DNA of 64,000 nt. Origin: a virus. Where the stretch lies: IMG/VR virus record IMGVR_UViG_3300042508_000428; one strand, 5' to 3'. A program made the translations under genes and the position numbers. This document shows positions 30,287-39,904 of this stretch, piece after piece; position 1 is the first letter of the stretch; each line of letters starts with the position of its first letter. The notes under the pieces are model-generated. The model was not told the origin of the DNA. It saw nothing but the letters and a program-made list of their open reading frames with translations, and made no database searches.

Positions 30287-30614
30287 AAAACTATCAGAAA
30301 ATTACCAGAAAAGAATTGTTGTTAATCTCTCTGAATATGAATACGGAGAGTTTATGGCAAATCTTAAATATGAAAACGTTAATCATCCCGCTAAATTAGT
30401 TCGCTTCTTCATAGAACTTTATTTAGCGGGAGACAAAGACGTTAGAAGTATTGTAGAAAGTTATAAACAAAAAAATAAAATTGCTGGTAGAGCAAAAAAA
30501 GATTATATTATTAAACAAGAGACGCTTGCCAAGAATACCGAAAAGTTATATAATCTAAGTGAAGATGACATAGATGATATTTATGATCTGCTTGACGAAG
30601 ACTTTCCAGACTGA
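30276..30614 (+). CDS. Hypothetical protein, possibly ribbon-helix-helix-like
   Basis: RIVVNLSEYEYGEF...LVRFFIELYL. Confidence 0.45.
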   Translation: MENKKLSENYQKRIVVNLSEYEYGEFMANLKYENVNHPAKLVRFFIELYLAGDKDVRSIVESYKQKNKIAGRAKKDYIIKQETLAKNTEKLYNLSEDDIDDIYDLLDEDFPD

Positions 30615-30620
30615 GGTATA

Positions 30621-30863
30621 ATGAATTGCGACGAAATCTGTGAGAAAACAAATACTCCCTGTGATATATCTGATTGTAGAAACTATATAGATTATAAAGA
30701 TGATCTAAATTGTGTATTGGTTTGTACAAGAAAAAACGGACCTTTAACTCTTGAAGAAGTTTCTAAACGACTCGGAGTATCTTATGTTCGCATAAAGCAG
30801 ATTGAAGAAAAGGCAATGTCAAAGATAAAATCAAATGTGCGAAATTGTGATGAGGTCATTTAG
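30621..30863 (+). CDS. Stand-alone sigma70 region-4 HTH protein with Cys-rich N-terminus
   Basis: LTLEEVSKRLGVSYVRIKQIEEKAMSKI and six N-terminal Cys. Confidence 0.75.
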   Translation: MNCDEICEKTNTPCDISDCRNYIDYKDDLNCVLVCTRKNGPLTLEEVSKRLGVSYVRIKQIEEKAMSKIKSNVRNCDEVI

Positions 30864-30907
30864 TTTTTTCGATACTATTTATTATGATTTCTTAAGGAGA
30901 AACTATA

Positions 30908-31846
30908 ATGGCGAAACGTAAAGATTTACTTTTAACAGAATCAACAACAATGAGAATGATGGGACTTGCTGGTATTGGTTCCCTAGCAAATCCGTTTTTG
31001 AGAGAAGGCGCGAATGTAGATACAGCAGAGGATCCAAATAGTGTTGACTTTGATATGGACGACATGGGTGACATGGATGACATGGGCGATGTTGACATGA
31101 TGGAAGAAGGTGAAGAGCTAGATGAAATGTATGGCGAAGAAGACTCAATGATGGAAGAATCATACGAAGAAGAGATGGAAGAAAATCTCTATGAAGGCGA
31201 AGAAGACCTAGAAGAAGCAAAGAAAAAACCACATGGCGATGGTGATGATAGTGATGATTATGAAGAAGACGAAGATCTAGAAGAAGCAAAGAAAAAAGAA
31301 AAATGCCCACACTGCCATAAAATCCACGAAGGAGATTGTGGGGCGATGAAGGAAAGTATTCGTAGAAGCATGAGTAGATTAAAGAGACTTCTAGAACAAG
31401 CAGAAACCGATGCGCCACCACCACCAGCAGCAGAACCACCACCAGCAATGGAAGGTGGAGATCAAATGGAAGCAAAGATTAAAGAGTTCGTAAAGAAACT
31501 TGGTGAATTAGTACAAGAAACACTAGGCGTGGAAGTTAAGGTTGAGGAAGAAGGTGAAGAAGAAATGGAGCCAGCAGAAGGCGGAGAGGGCGAAGAACCA
31601 GCAGGCGCATCACCTCCACCACCAGCCGCTCTACAAGAGGCAATTGACCGCCTAGTTAATAAAGTTGCTCTCAGAGTTAAGGCTCGTTTAATGGAAGCAA
31701 AGAAAGATCCAAAAGCTGCAGCAAAAGCTAAGAAAATGATGAAAGAAAAGCAAATGGCTGCAAAGAAAAAAGAGAAAGAAGAAGCTGCCAAGAAAAAAGA
31801 AATGATGATGAAGAAAAAGAAAGCAGCAATGGCTAAGAAGAAATAA
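30908..31846 (+). CDS. Probable prohead core/scaffold-like protein with acidic N-half and Lys/Ala/Met-rich C-tail
   Basis: ACTATTTA upstream, repeated EDLEEAKKK, poly-Pro linkers. Confidence 0.5.
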   Translation: MAKRKDLLLTESTTMRMMGLAGIGSLANPFLREGANVDTAEDPNSVDFDMDDMGDMDDMGDVDMMEEGEELDEMYGEEDSMMEESYEEEMEENLYEGEEDLEEAKKKPHGDGDDSDDYEEDEDLEEAKKKEKCPHCHKIHEGDCGAMKESIRRSMSRLKRLLEQAETDAPPPPAAEPPPAMEGGDQMEAKIKEFVKKLGELVQETLGVEVKVEEEGEEEMEPAEGGEGEEPAGASPPPPAALQEAIDRLVNKVALRVKARLMEAKKDPKAAAKAKKMMKEKQMAAKKKEKEEAAKKKEMMMKKKKAAMAKKK

Positions 31847-31875
31847 GCAGGTAAGCAATCTCCAAGAAATCAAGT

Positions 31876-31910
31876 GAAGCCCAGCCTAAAAACTGGGCTT
31901 CATCTTTATT
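31876..31910 (+). terminator. Probable Rho-independent terminator
   Basis: Stem gaagcccag/ctgggcttc followed by atcttt. Confidence 0.55.
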
Positions 31911-31939
31911 AAGAACCTAATTACTCCAGAGGTAAAACA

Positions 31940-33241
31940 ATGAATCTTGAGAAGTTAATTGAAAAACATTTCGCTCCAAAAAAAGGAAACGAATTGTTAA
32001 TTGAAATGATTGAATCAAAATTGAATGAGCAAGCATTTGGTCCAATTTATTCAAAATCAAGAATAAATCTATTATCAGGAGATCCAGATACAGAAGCATA
32101 TAGAGAATTGCAATCATTATTCTCCGGATTGTTTAAAGGTCAAGGTGAGTTATTATCTGATCGTTTATCAACCGTTAATAGTTTCTTAACCGCTGACAAA
32201 GCACAGGTAAAGAGTTTTCCAATTAATGTTGCGTTTTCATCGATATTGTTAATTCAAGAACTTAAAGAAGCGCTTGAAAAACTAGAGGCAAGTTCTGCCG
32301 GTTTCCAAATGGAAACAATTATTGCACAAATCATTCAAGGTTCAAAATTAGCAAATAACTCAATTGTTGACGTTATTAAAGTTCAAAAGTCTTCCGGCGG
32401 AGAAGAATTTGTGAGAGATTATTCAATAAAAACTTTATCAGCAACCAGTTTAAAAATCAAAGGTAGTTTTTTAAATCTCTGTAAGAAATTTGCTAATCTT
32501 GATAGAAACGAAGAATATGAGTATTTAATTATCACAAAAGATGTTAAAAATGGTATTTATAGATTTTATGAATGGGTCTTACCATATGAAAACTTTTTTA
32601 CGCAAATAACTTATCCAAAAGGTTTTCTTGAGGCTGGTGGAAACAATGGTAATTTTATTTTTAAAGATGGCGTAGATTTAAATGCAATTAACAAATTAAT
32701 ACAGAAAGAAGGACTAAGTCTAAAGATTTCTTCGAATCAAAATGTTTATTATTTACACTTCCCGGTTTTAACAGAAAGAGAATCTGATGCTATTTTGAGC
32801 AGAATACAATCAGGATATGAGAACAACACTTACAGAAATGCCGGAGAGGCAATGGTCGATAGGTTTAGGAATCTACAATTTATAGAAGACAACAAAGACT
32901 TATTTACAAATGCTGATTCTTTTTCACTAGAAACTCAATTTAGTATATCAAAAGGTGTTATCGATGCAAACATAAAAGGATCCGAAGCTTTAATAGGAGA
33001 ATTTAATTTATCAGACGAAAGATTGCAACAAATTTCAAATGAGTATCAAAAAACTCTTGTTGGTAAAATGAATCAAATTCTTAAGGACAACCAAGAAGTG
33101 CTATCAAGCATGAACTCATATTTTTCAACAATGAATAAAGAAAGCGCAGAAAATACATTTCAAGCGATGACAAAGGTTAGAAAAGGATTTAGACAATTCA
33201 CAACCAAAGCAACACCTGGAGTATCTGACTCGGAAGGATAA
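31940..33241 (+). CDS. Hypothetical protein, probably virion-associated
   Basis: 433-aa ORF with AT-rich codons and a CTAATTA variant motif upstream. Confidence 0.55.
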   Translation: MNLEKLIEKHFAPKKGNELLIEMIESKLNEQAFGPIYSKSRINLLSGDPDTEAYRELQSLFSGLFKGQGELLSDRLSTVNSFLTADKAQVKSFPINVAFSSILLIQELKEALEKLEASSAGFQMETIIAQIIQGSKLANNSIVDVIKVQKSSGGEEFVRDYSIKTLSATSLKIKGSFLNLCKKFANLDRNEEYEYLIITKDVKNGIYRFYEWVLPYENFFTQITYPKGFLEAGGNNGNFIFKDGVDLNAINKLIQKEGLSLKISSNQNVYYLHFPVLTERESDAILSRIQSGYENNTYRNAGEAMVDRFRNLQFIEDNKDLFTNADSFSLETQFSISKGVIDANIKGSEALIGEFNLSDERLQQISNEYQKTLVGKMNQILKDNQEVLSSMNSYFSTMNKESAENTFQAMTKVRKGFRQFTTKATPGVSDSEG

Positions 33242-33244
33242 ATA

Positions 33245-33775
33245 ATGAAAAAAAAGATCTTGACAAAACCATTTGGTCATGTTAGCATAGGTTCGAAGCA
33301 TTATGTTGTGGAAGTTGCTATGGATGATCAATCTCGTCACAAAGGACTTTCCAAGAGACATAATCTTGACGAAGGACTCGGCATGTTATTTGATATGCCA
33401 AAGGAAGATGTTCATTCTTTCCAAATGAAAGAAACATACATACCGCTTGATATGGTATTTATTGGAAAATACGGACAGATTGTTGATTACATACCAAATG
33501 TTCAACCACTCACCGCTGGACCATATTCCCCAAAAGAGAAGTGTAAGTTTGTTTTGGAAGTTAGAGGGAACGATTTAAAGGACGAAATAAAAGAAAAAGC
33601 TCTTGCAAAAATGAGATTCTTTGATACAATGGAGAAGGCTCAAGCATACAGAGATAAAAGAATGCTTCAAGAGCAGTTAATACATTACTTAAATGAGGCG
33701 ATTAATGGCGAAGGCATACGAAGGAAACAAGATTCTTCAAGAAAAAGTTCTAAACGGAGTGGAAAAACTCTCTAA
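33245..33775 (+). CDS. DUF192-family protein
   Basis: VEVA...KGLSKR...GMLF...FQMKETYIPLDMVFI...VLEV. Confidence 0.8.
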   Translation: MKKKILTKPFGHVSIGSKHYVVEVAMDDQSRHKGLSKRHNLDEGLGMLFDMPKEDVHSFQMKETYIPLDMVFIGKYGQIVDYIPNVQPLTAGPYSPKEKCKFVLEVRGNDLKDEIKEKALAKMRFFDTMEKAQAYRDKRMLQEQLIHYLNEAINGEGIRRKQDSSRKSSKRSGKTL

Positions 33776-35273
33776 CATTGTAAGTTCTACCCTTGGACCT
33801 GGTGGTAGAAATGTAATCCTACAACAAAAAGATAAAAGACCAATCATTACAAAGGACGGAGTAACCGTTGCTCGTTTTGTTGATTTTGAAGATCCATTTG
33901 AAAATGTTGGAGCACAGATTCTCAAGCAAGTCTCGGCTCTTACTGCTCACGAAGCAGGTGACGGAACAACTACTAGTACCCTCCTAGCACATAGAATGCT
34001 TAAAGAATCTCAAAGATTTATTTCTGCTGGAGTTTCTCCAACTGAAATGAGAAGAGGAATGGAAAGAGCATCAAAGGATGTTATTGAGTTTGTTCAGTCA
34101 AAAGCAAAAACTATTCAGTCAATCGAAGATATTGAGAACATTGCGACAGTTTCGGCCAATAACGATCCAGTTATTGGTAAGTTGATTGCCAAGGCAGTTG
34201 ATCTGGCGGGAAAGAACGGAGCAATAACAATTGAAGATTCAAGATCTTACGAGACAGAACTTGATCTGACAGAAGGGTTTATCTTTGAATCCGGTTATCT
34301 ATCTCCTCAATTCATTACTGACGAGATGAGGAAGGTTGCAAAGCATAATGATTGTCTTGTCTTTATTACAGACTGGAAACTGGAACATGTTGAACCAATC
34401 CTCCCAGTGTTAGAGTTGGCATCAAGAGAAAAGAAACCATTAGTAATTGTTGCTGATGATATTGAAGGTCAATTGCTTGCTGCACTTATTGTTAATGCTG
34501 TTCGTAATTCAATGAAAGTTGTTGCTGTAAAAGCCCCTTACTATGGAGAAGAGAGAAGAAATGTTCTGGCTGATCTTGCTGTTGCTACTGGTGGTAAGTT
34601 CTTTACTCGCGAGTCTGGTTTGGATTTCAGTTCCTTTACTCTCGCGGATTTTGGACGTTGTAAAGGAGTCGAGATTGGAAAGTCTCAGACAGCAATCATC
34701 GGCGGAAAAGGATCCGCTGAAGCAATTGATAATCGTTCAGAAGAACTAAAACAACTAATCAAAGAAACAAATGATCTTGAGGAATGTAAGAGAATTCAAG
34801 ATCGTGTTACTAGACTAGCAAGTGGAGTCGTTTCAATTAGAGTCGGTGGTTCAAGCGAAGTAGAGGTGATTGAGAAGAAACATCGCATTGAAGACGCCTT
34901 AGAGGCGGTTAGATCCGCCCAACTAGCGGGAACCCACCCAGGGGGAGGTGTAACGCTTCTACGAGCTTCTAGAACCCTTAAGGCCCCAAAGTTACCACAA
35001 GATCAAGTTGACGGATATAACATTGTTATTAGATCCTTATCTGCTCCGTTTGAAAAGATCTGCGAGAATCTTGACCTTGTTCCACAAACTTTGGCAGAAC
35101 GAGTCACCAAGTCAAAGGATGGATATGGACTTGACGTAAAGACCCTGAGGGTGGTAGACTTGTATGAGGCAGGCGTGATAGATCCTGTTCGTGTGACAAC
35201 TTCTGCGGTCAAGAATTCTGTATCAGTTGTTTCTACTTTGATTACAACAAACAACGCAATCGTGGAGGTTTAA
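33705..35273 (+). CDS. groEL: GroEL-like chaperonin
   Basis: TLGPGGRNV, ITKDGVTVA, AGDGTTTS, ISAG, VKAPYYG, GGGV. No GGM tail. Confidence 0.95.
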   Translation: MAKAYEGNKILQEKVLNGVEKLSNIVSSTLGPGGRNVILQQKDKRPIITKDGVTVARFVDFEDPFENVGAQILKQVSALTAHEAGDGTTTSTLLAHRMLKESQRFISAGVSPTEMRRGMERASKDVIEFVQSKAKTIQSIEDIENIATVSANNDPVIGKLIAKAVDLAGKNGAITIEDSRSYETELDLTEGFIFESGYLSPQFITDEMRKVAKHNDCLVFITDWKLEHVEPILPVLELASREKKPLVIVADDIEGQLLAALIVNAVRNSMKVVAVKAPYYGEERRNVLADLAVATGGKFFTRESGLDFSSFTLADFGRCKGVEIGKSQTAIIGGKGSAEAIDNRSEELKQLIKETNDLEECKRIQDRVTRLASGVVSIRVGGSSEVEVIEKKHRIEDALEAVRSAQLAGTHPGGGVTLLRASRTLKAPKLPQDQVDGYNIVIRSLSAPFEKICENLDLVPQTLAERVTKSKDGYGLDVKTLRVVDLYEAGVIDPVRVTTSAVKNSVSVVSTLITTNNAIVEV

Positions 35274-35274
35274 A

Positions 35275-35682
35275 ATGTTGGCATATTATACGAGCTTGGT
35301 AAAGAAAGAGGATTTAGTAAGAAGATTATCAAATGATGGCAAAGAACTATCCAGTATGTCTAATGATCTTGTTTGCCTTGTAAAGGAATTTGTAAATTCT
35401 TGTGATACTAGAGATTTAGAAAATGCTCAAAAATTAATTTTAGAAGCAGAAGAATTATCAAAAGTAGTATCTACGATGACTTCAAATTTAAAATCTAACT
35501 ACGAATCTTACTTGTTTTCTTTGTTGCCACAAAGGACAGTGGAAGAGGAAAAAGAAACAGAAGAAAAGCAAGAAAATGTTTCAAGTCAAACACCCGATAC
35601 AAAACAACTTACAACTCTATTAGAAGCTATGAAATCTCTTAAAGAAATGAAGGACTCTCTTGGTGAAAACAAAAAAGTATAA
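35275..35682 (+). CDS. Hypothetical protein
   Basis: Contiguous + strand ORF. Confidence 0.55.
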   Translation: MLAYYTSLVKKEDLVRRLSNDGKELSSMSNDLVCLVKEFVNSCDTRDLENAQKLILEAEELSKVVSTMTSNLKSNYESYLFSLLPQRTVEEEKETEEKQENVSSQTPDTKQLTTLLEAMKSLKEMKDSLGENKKV

Positions 35683-35989
35683 ATTAGATAAAGATATATT
35701 ACAAGAAGTTTATGCTGTACTTAAAAATTGTTCAATAAAAGCAAAGTTTGTCAAGGCTCATATTGTTATGGAGTCTCCATTCGAATCATATTATTATGAT
35801 CTATTGAGTCTTTACTATAATTCTATCTTTAACTACATGCATGAGATAGAAAAACTAATTCTTCAAGAGGGAAAATACTATTTAATTTCTCAAGAGTTGA
35901 TGGATAAACTGAATAACTATAAAAAGATTATCACAAGCATCGAGGAGGAGATAAATAGTTCTCCAAAGTATAGTTTAAGGATTCATTAA
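35660..35989 (+). CDS. Hypothetical protein
   Basis: Contiguous + strand ORF. Confidence 0.5.
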   Translation: MVKTKKYKLDKDILQEVYAVLKNCSIKAKFVKAHIVMESPFESYYYDLLSLYYNSIFNYMHEIEKLILQEGKYYLISQELMDKLNNYKKIITSIEEEINSSPKYSLRIH

Positions 35990-36339
35990 TGAACTATAAC
36001 TTAATTCTATTTGGTCTATTGCTTGGTACAATAGGCCATTCGATCTCTTGGTTTGCTATGAACTCCCAGTTTTTGTGGGAGTTCTGGAGCACAAGACCAT
36101 TCTTAACAGCAGTTTTATTTGGTATACCGTCTAATGTTGTGTTTTGGTTTGCTTCAAAGTCCATTCGAGAAGGAATGGCGGACCCTTGGCAGGTTAGATG
36201 GTTATTGTTTGCCATGAGTTTCCCGCCAATGTTTGTTTTAACAACCACGATGTTTGGAGATTCATTTCTTAATATAAAGAATCTCCTAACTCTATTTTTT
36301 GCTATCTGTATTATATTAACTCAATTCTATCACAGGTGA
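35989..36339 (+). CDS. Four-helix membrane protein
   Basis: Four hydrophobic segments in 116 aa. Confidence 0.65.
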   Translation: MNYNLILFGLLLGTIGHSISWFAMNSQFLWEFWSTRPFLTAVLFGIPSNVVFWFASKSIREGMADPWQVRWLLFAMSFPPMFVLTTTMFGDSFLNIKNLLTLFFAICIILTQFYHR

Positions 36340-36342
36340 AAA

Positions 36343-37083
36343 ATGTTTAGATTTTTATTTGCTCTTAGTCTTTTGATTCCAAATTTTGGATATGCTTATG
36401 AATGTAATGAGGAAATAGATAGGTTAGCAAGAGAATATGAAATTAAAATAATTTGCAAAGAACAATCTATTGCAGATTATAATACGGAAATTACATTTAA
36501 AGAAGCAAATGATGAGATGATAAATAAATCAAGTAATCCAGTTAAATTATTTCTTTTAAGATATGACAAATCCTTTATCAAAGAAAAAATAAAGTCTTTA
36601 AATTTATTTAATAAAATAACTTTTCGAGGTTCTCGGGCAGGCGGTCTTCATCATGCAGGACACGTATGGTTAACAATTGGAAATTATCCTGAAGAAAAAA
36701 TACCAATTATATATCAAGAGATTCTTCATCATGAATTTTCCAGCGTTATATATAAACAACCAAGTCTTTTTGATAAAACATTAATTTGGAAAAAAATTAG
36801 TCCAGGTTACGAGTATTCACTACAATTTTTAAAAAAATGTTTAGATAATATAAACTTTGGTAATGCAAGTAATGATGAAATATTATATAAAGGTTATCTT
36901 TTAAACTATTCAACGACCGATGATGAAAATGATTTTAATGTTTATGCGGAACACTTATTCATGCATCCAGATTTACTTAAAATATATTATCAAAAATACC
37001 CATTGGTTGCAAAAAAAGCAAGATTATTTAAACAAATGTATCGAGACGCAGGGTTTAAAGGAAAATTTCCAGACGAGACTTGA
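36343..37083 (+). CDS. Secreted putative zinc metallopeptidase
   Basis: Signal-peptide-like N-terminus, LHHEFS, YSTTDDENDF. Confidence 0.5.
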   Translation: MFRFLFALSLLIPNFGYAYECNEEIDRLAREYEIKIICKEQSIADYNTEITFKEANDEMINKSSNPVKLFLLRYDKSFIKEKIKSLNLFNKITFRGSRAGGLHHAGHVWLTIGNYPEEKIPIIYQEILHHEFSSVIYKQPSLFDKTLIWKKISPGYEYSLQFLKKCLDNINFGNASNDEILYKGYLLNYSTTDDENDFNVYAEHLFMHPDLLKIYYQKYPLVAKKARLFKQMYRDAGFKGKFPDET

Positions 37084-37108
37084 CAGAGTACTACCACCAT
37101 CCTACTAT
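37080..37108 (+). promoter_or_regulatory. Sigma70-type promoter of hsp20
   Basis: TTGACA 37080, N17, TACTAT 37103. Confidence 0.7.
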
Positions 37109-37153
37109 ACCACCACTACCCCCTAGAGGGATATAACAAATGGAGGAAAAAGA

Positions 37154-37507
37154 ATGTATTACACTTACGATATTGTAGATAAAGCACTTGATCAACTCTT
37201 TGATCAGAGTCTGCCAGTCCAAAACAAGATTGCATTTGTTGATCAAAAGGACCACTACTCCCTTACTACACCCCTGCCGGGTGCTAAGAGAGAGGATGTG
37301 AAAGTTATTGTAACTGGAAATCAACTAGAAATTTCCTACAACCCAAGTCAGAAGAACATTTATGCTCCGTCATTTTCTAAGTATTGGAAACTAAATGAAG
37401 TTGATTTTGATTCCATTACAGCAGATCTAAAAGACGGATTGCTAACTGTTGTTGTTCCAAAGCAAAAATCTCAAAAGCAGGGAACTAGAACTATCGCAGT
37501 GAATTAA
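37154..37507 (+). CDS. Hsp20 / alpha-crystallin small heat-shock protein
   Basis: PLPGAKREDVKV and ITADLKDGLLTVVVPK. Confidence 0.88.
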   Translation: MYYTYDIVDKALDQLFDQSLPVQNKIAFVDQKDHYSLTTPLPGAKREDVKVIVTGNQLEISYNPSQKNIYAPSFSKYWKLNEVDFDSITADLKDGLLTVVVPKQKSQKQGTRTIAVN

Positions 37508-37567
37508 CAAAAACAACACTATACTTATAGTAGAGGAGGGAAGGGAAGTTAACAACTTCCCTTCTGT

Positions 37568-37936
37568 ATGAAAATGAAAGGTTCAATTTGGGCGTATGTA
37601 AGAGATAAAGACAGTGTAGAGTATAGATTCCAGATTGACGGAATTAAAAGAGGAGTTTATACTAAGGTAATTGATCCAGTCTTTAAAGATTGGAAAGAAG
37701 TTGGTTCTGGTGTAAACTACAAAAAAGCTACAGAGACTTTAATCTTTTCAAGATATTTTTCATCTGAGGATGAAGTAATCAAATGGGTGAAATCAACTAT
37801 TGAGTTCCCAACCGTGTTCAATAGTTGCAGAGCAAGATGCACAGTTAAAGTCCTCGTAGCTGATAAAAACGAGGTCAAGAATGAAAAATCAACAACCAAA
37901 AGTAGGGCAGTTCGTAAGAGTAAAACTAGTTCGTAG
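37568..37936 (+). CDS. Hypothetical protein
   Basis: Upstream purine-rich RBS region includes an 11-bp hairpin gaagggaagtt/aacttcccttc. Confidence 0.55.
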   Translation: MKMKGSIWAYVRDKDSVEYRFQIDGIKRGVYTKVIDPVFKDWKEVGSGVNYKKATETLIFSRYFSSEDEVIKWVKSTIEFPTVFNSCRARCTVKVLVADKNEVKNEKSTTKSRAVRKSKTSS

Positions 37937-38090
37937 TATTCGCCCTCTTGAATTCAGGACTTTTACTTGTGAAGGTTTGGTCACTTCAATCCTGTTTGAC
38001 GAGAACTTTGAGGTGTCGTACATTGAAGATGAGAAGCCGATCTCTCACTGGTTTCATGTGAACGACATTTCTGAATTAGAGGTATTATGA
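37881..38090 (+). CDS. Hypothetical small protein
   Basis: Coupled ORF. Confidence 0.45.
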   Translation: MKNQQPKVGQFVRVKLVRSIRPLEFRTFTCEGLVTSILFDENFEVSYIEDEKPISHWFHVNDISELEVL

Positions 38091-38308
38091 TTAAGTGTGA
38101 AAATTGTATATATTTCAAAAGCGTAGTTCCTAATTCTGCACAATGGGCTGGTAATTGCATTCGATATGCTCCAAGAGCAGGTGATATACAAAGTGGTGGA
38201 TTTTGGCCATTTGTTTACTTTGACCAATCCTGTGGAGAATTTGTTTCTAAAGTTAATTCAAACGATTACATTTCCAATTATGAGTATGAAGATGAATGTT
38301 CAGAGTAA
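38087..38308 (+). CDS. Small Cys-rich hypothetical protein
   Basis: CENC...C...WP...CGEF. Confidence 0.55.
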   Translation: MIKCENCIYFKSVVPNSAQWAGNCIRYAPRAGDIQSGGFWPFVYFDQSCGEFVSKVNSNDYISNYEYEDECSE

Positions 38309-38810
38309 GTATGCAGAGTGGTCAGTTGATTTAATCAAAGAAGATGTACAAAGAAACACCCTCCCGTATGCGTGTTTAATGTCGCATGTCGAGGGTGATT
38401 TCAATATGTCCACGGCGGTAAGAAATGCTAATGCATTTGGTTGCAAAGAACTATTTTACTTTGGACAAAAGCGATGGGACAAGAGGGGGTCGGTGGGTAC
38501 ACACCACTACTCCCTCGTATCTCATTTGAAGGATATTGATGCGATTAAAGCATTAAAGTCCAAGTATAAATTTGTTGCGATTGAATGCAACATCGAAAGA
38601 AATTGTGTTTCTCTCTTTGATTATAAAATTGAACCGAATACCATGTTTATCTTTGGCGAAGAGTCAAAGGGATTGAGCGACGAGATACTCGATCTCTGCG
38701 AAGATTATGTTTATATCCCAATGATTGGTTCAGTTAGAAGTCTCAATGTTGGTACAGCAAGCGGAATTTTGATGGCAGAAGCGATGAAATCGATTTCGCA
38801 TACTATTTAG
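38292..38810 (+). CDS. SpoU/TrmH-family (SPOUT) RNA methyltransferase; start approximate
   Basis: NMSTAVRNANAFG, FIFGEESKGLS, IPMIGSVRSLNVGTA. Confidence 0.9.
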   Translation: MNVQSKYAEWSVDLIKEDVQRNTLPYACLMSHVEGDFNMSTAVRNANAFGCKELFYFGQKRWDKRGSVGTHHYSLVSHLKDIDAIKALKSKYKFVAIECNIERNCVSLFDYKIEPNTMFIFGEESKGLSDEILDLCEDYVYIPMIGSVRSLNVGTASGILMAEAMKSISHTI

Positions 38811-38830
38811 TAATAGCAAGGAGATCGATA

Positions 38831-39904
38831 ATGTATCAAAAGTTATTTGAGAATTGGAGAAACTACAAAAAAGTAATTAAAGAAGACGTAATGCGTTATT
38901 CTGAATATGGTTCCTCGTTTCAAGAAATGAGAGAACTTATCAAAGATGCATCAGATAAGACATGGATATTCTTTGATACAGAAACAACAGGTCTTTCTGC
39001 TGAAAAGGACTTCCACCAAGTTACTCAAATAGCAGCAATCGCTGTCGATGTTAAAAACTTTGATGAAGAACCAGAGATTCTAGAGAAATTTAATGTTAAG
39101 ATCCAGTTGGGAGATAGAACCCGTGGTTTTATGGATTGGGATCGTAGTAAGAAAGCAGAGAAACGAGCCGCCGCCCGTGCTGCTGGGGTAGAGGTAGCCC
39201 CCGGCATTAAGCGTATAAGACAAGAACCAGAGAAGTTCAAAGGCATTTCTGATATTTTCTCTATGACACAATATGGTGTATCAAGAGATCCAGAAAAGGC
39301 AAGAAGAAAAGCGTTCTTACAGGCAAGAGAAATGCCTGGAAAAGAAGATATCTCAATGGAAGATGTACCAGAGTCCGCTACATTTATGAGACTTGTTCCA
39401 GCACTAGAGCAATTCAACGAATTTCTAGATAGATATCCAGATAGAATTCTAGTTGCTCAAAATGCTCCATTCGATAATGGATTCTTAAATAACATGTATC
39501 AAAGAATTGGAGAAGTTCCGCCTGATGACATTGTTGTTGACACAGTTATGATTTTCAGAAAGTTCTTAACCCCTGCACTAAAAATGTTTAAGGCGACCAG
39601 AGAAGCAGGAGAAGAACTAAGTCCAGAAGATTCAAAGATTCTCGATGCTCTAACCTCAGATAAGGGTAAACTAACTGTATCCTTAGGAAAGATTATTAAG
39701 GCATTTGACGTAGAAAACAAGGGCTGGCATGATGCTCTTGCCGATGTGACAATGCTTTTGGATGTTCTAAAAGCAGTTATTAACTTCTTGGATGTTCGCA
39801 CTGACCTATCTTCATTAGAACCAGAGCCAGAACCAAAACCAAGAGAGAAGAAAGTTAGTAGTCAATTAAACTTACCAGAACCAAAACCATCTGATATTGG
39901 TTAG
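38831..39904 (+). CDS. DEDDh 3'-5' exonuclease (DnaQ-like) with virion-type leader
   Basis: FFDTETTGL, AQNAPFD, WHDALAD. N-terminal LFENWRNY...IKE and ACTATTTA upstream. Confidence 0.85.
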   Translation: MYQKLFENWRNYKKVIKEDVMRYSEYGSSFQEMRELIKDASDKTWIFFDTETTGLSAEKDFHQVTQIAAIAVDVKNFDEEPEILEKFNVKIQLGDRTRGFMDWDRSKKAEKRAAARAAGVEVAPGIKRIRQEPEKFKGISDIFSMTQYGVSRDPEKARRKAFLQAREMPGKEDISMEDVPESATFMRLVPALEQFNEFLDRYPDRILVAQNAPFDNGFLNNMYQRIGEVPPDDIVVDTVMIFRKFLTPALKMFKATREAGEELSPEDSKILDALTSDKGKLTVSLGKIIKAFDVENKGWHDALADVTMLLDVLKAVINFLDVRTDLSSLEPEPEPKPREKKVSSQLNLPEPKPSDIG

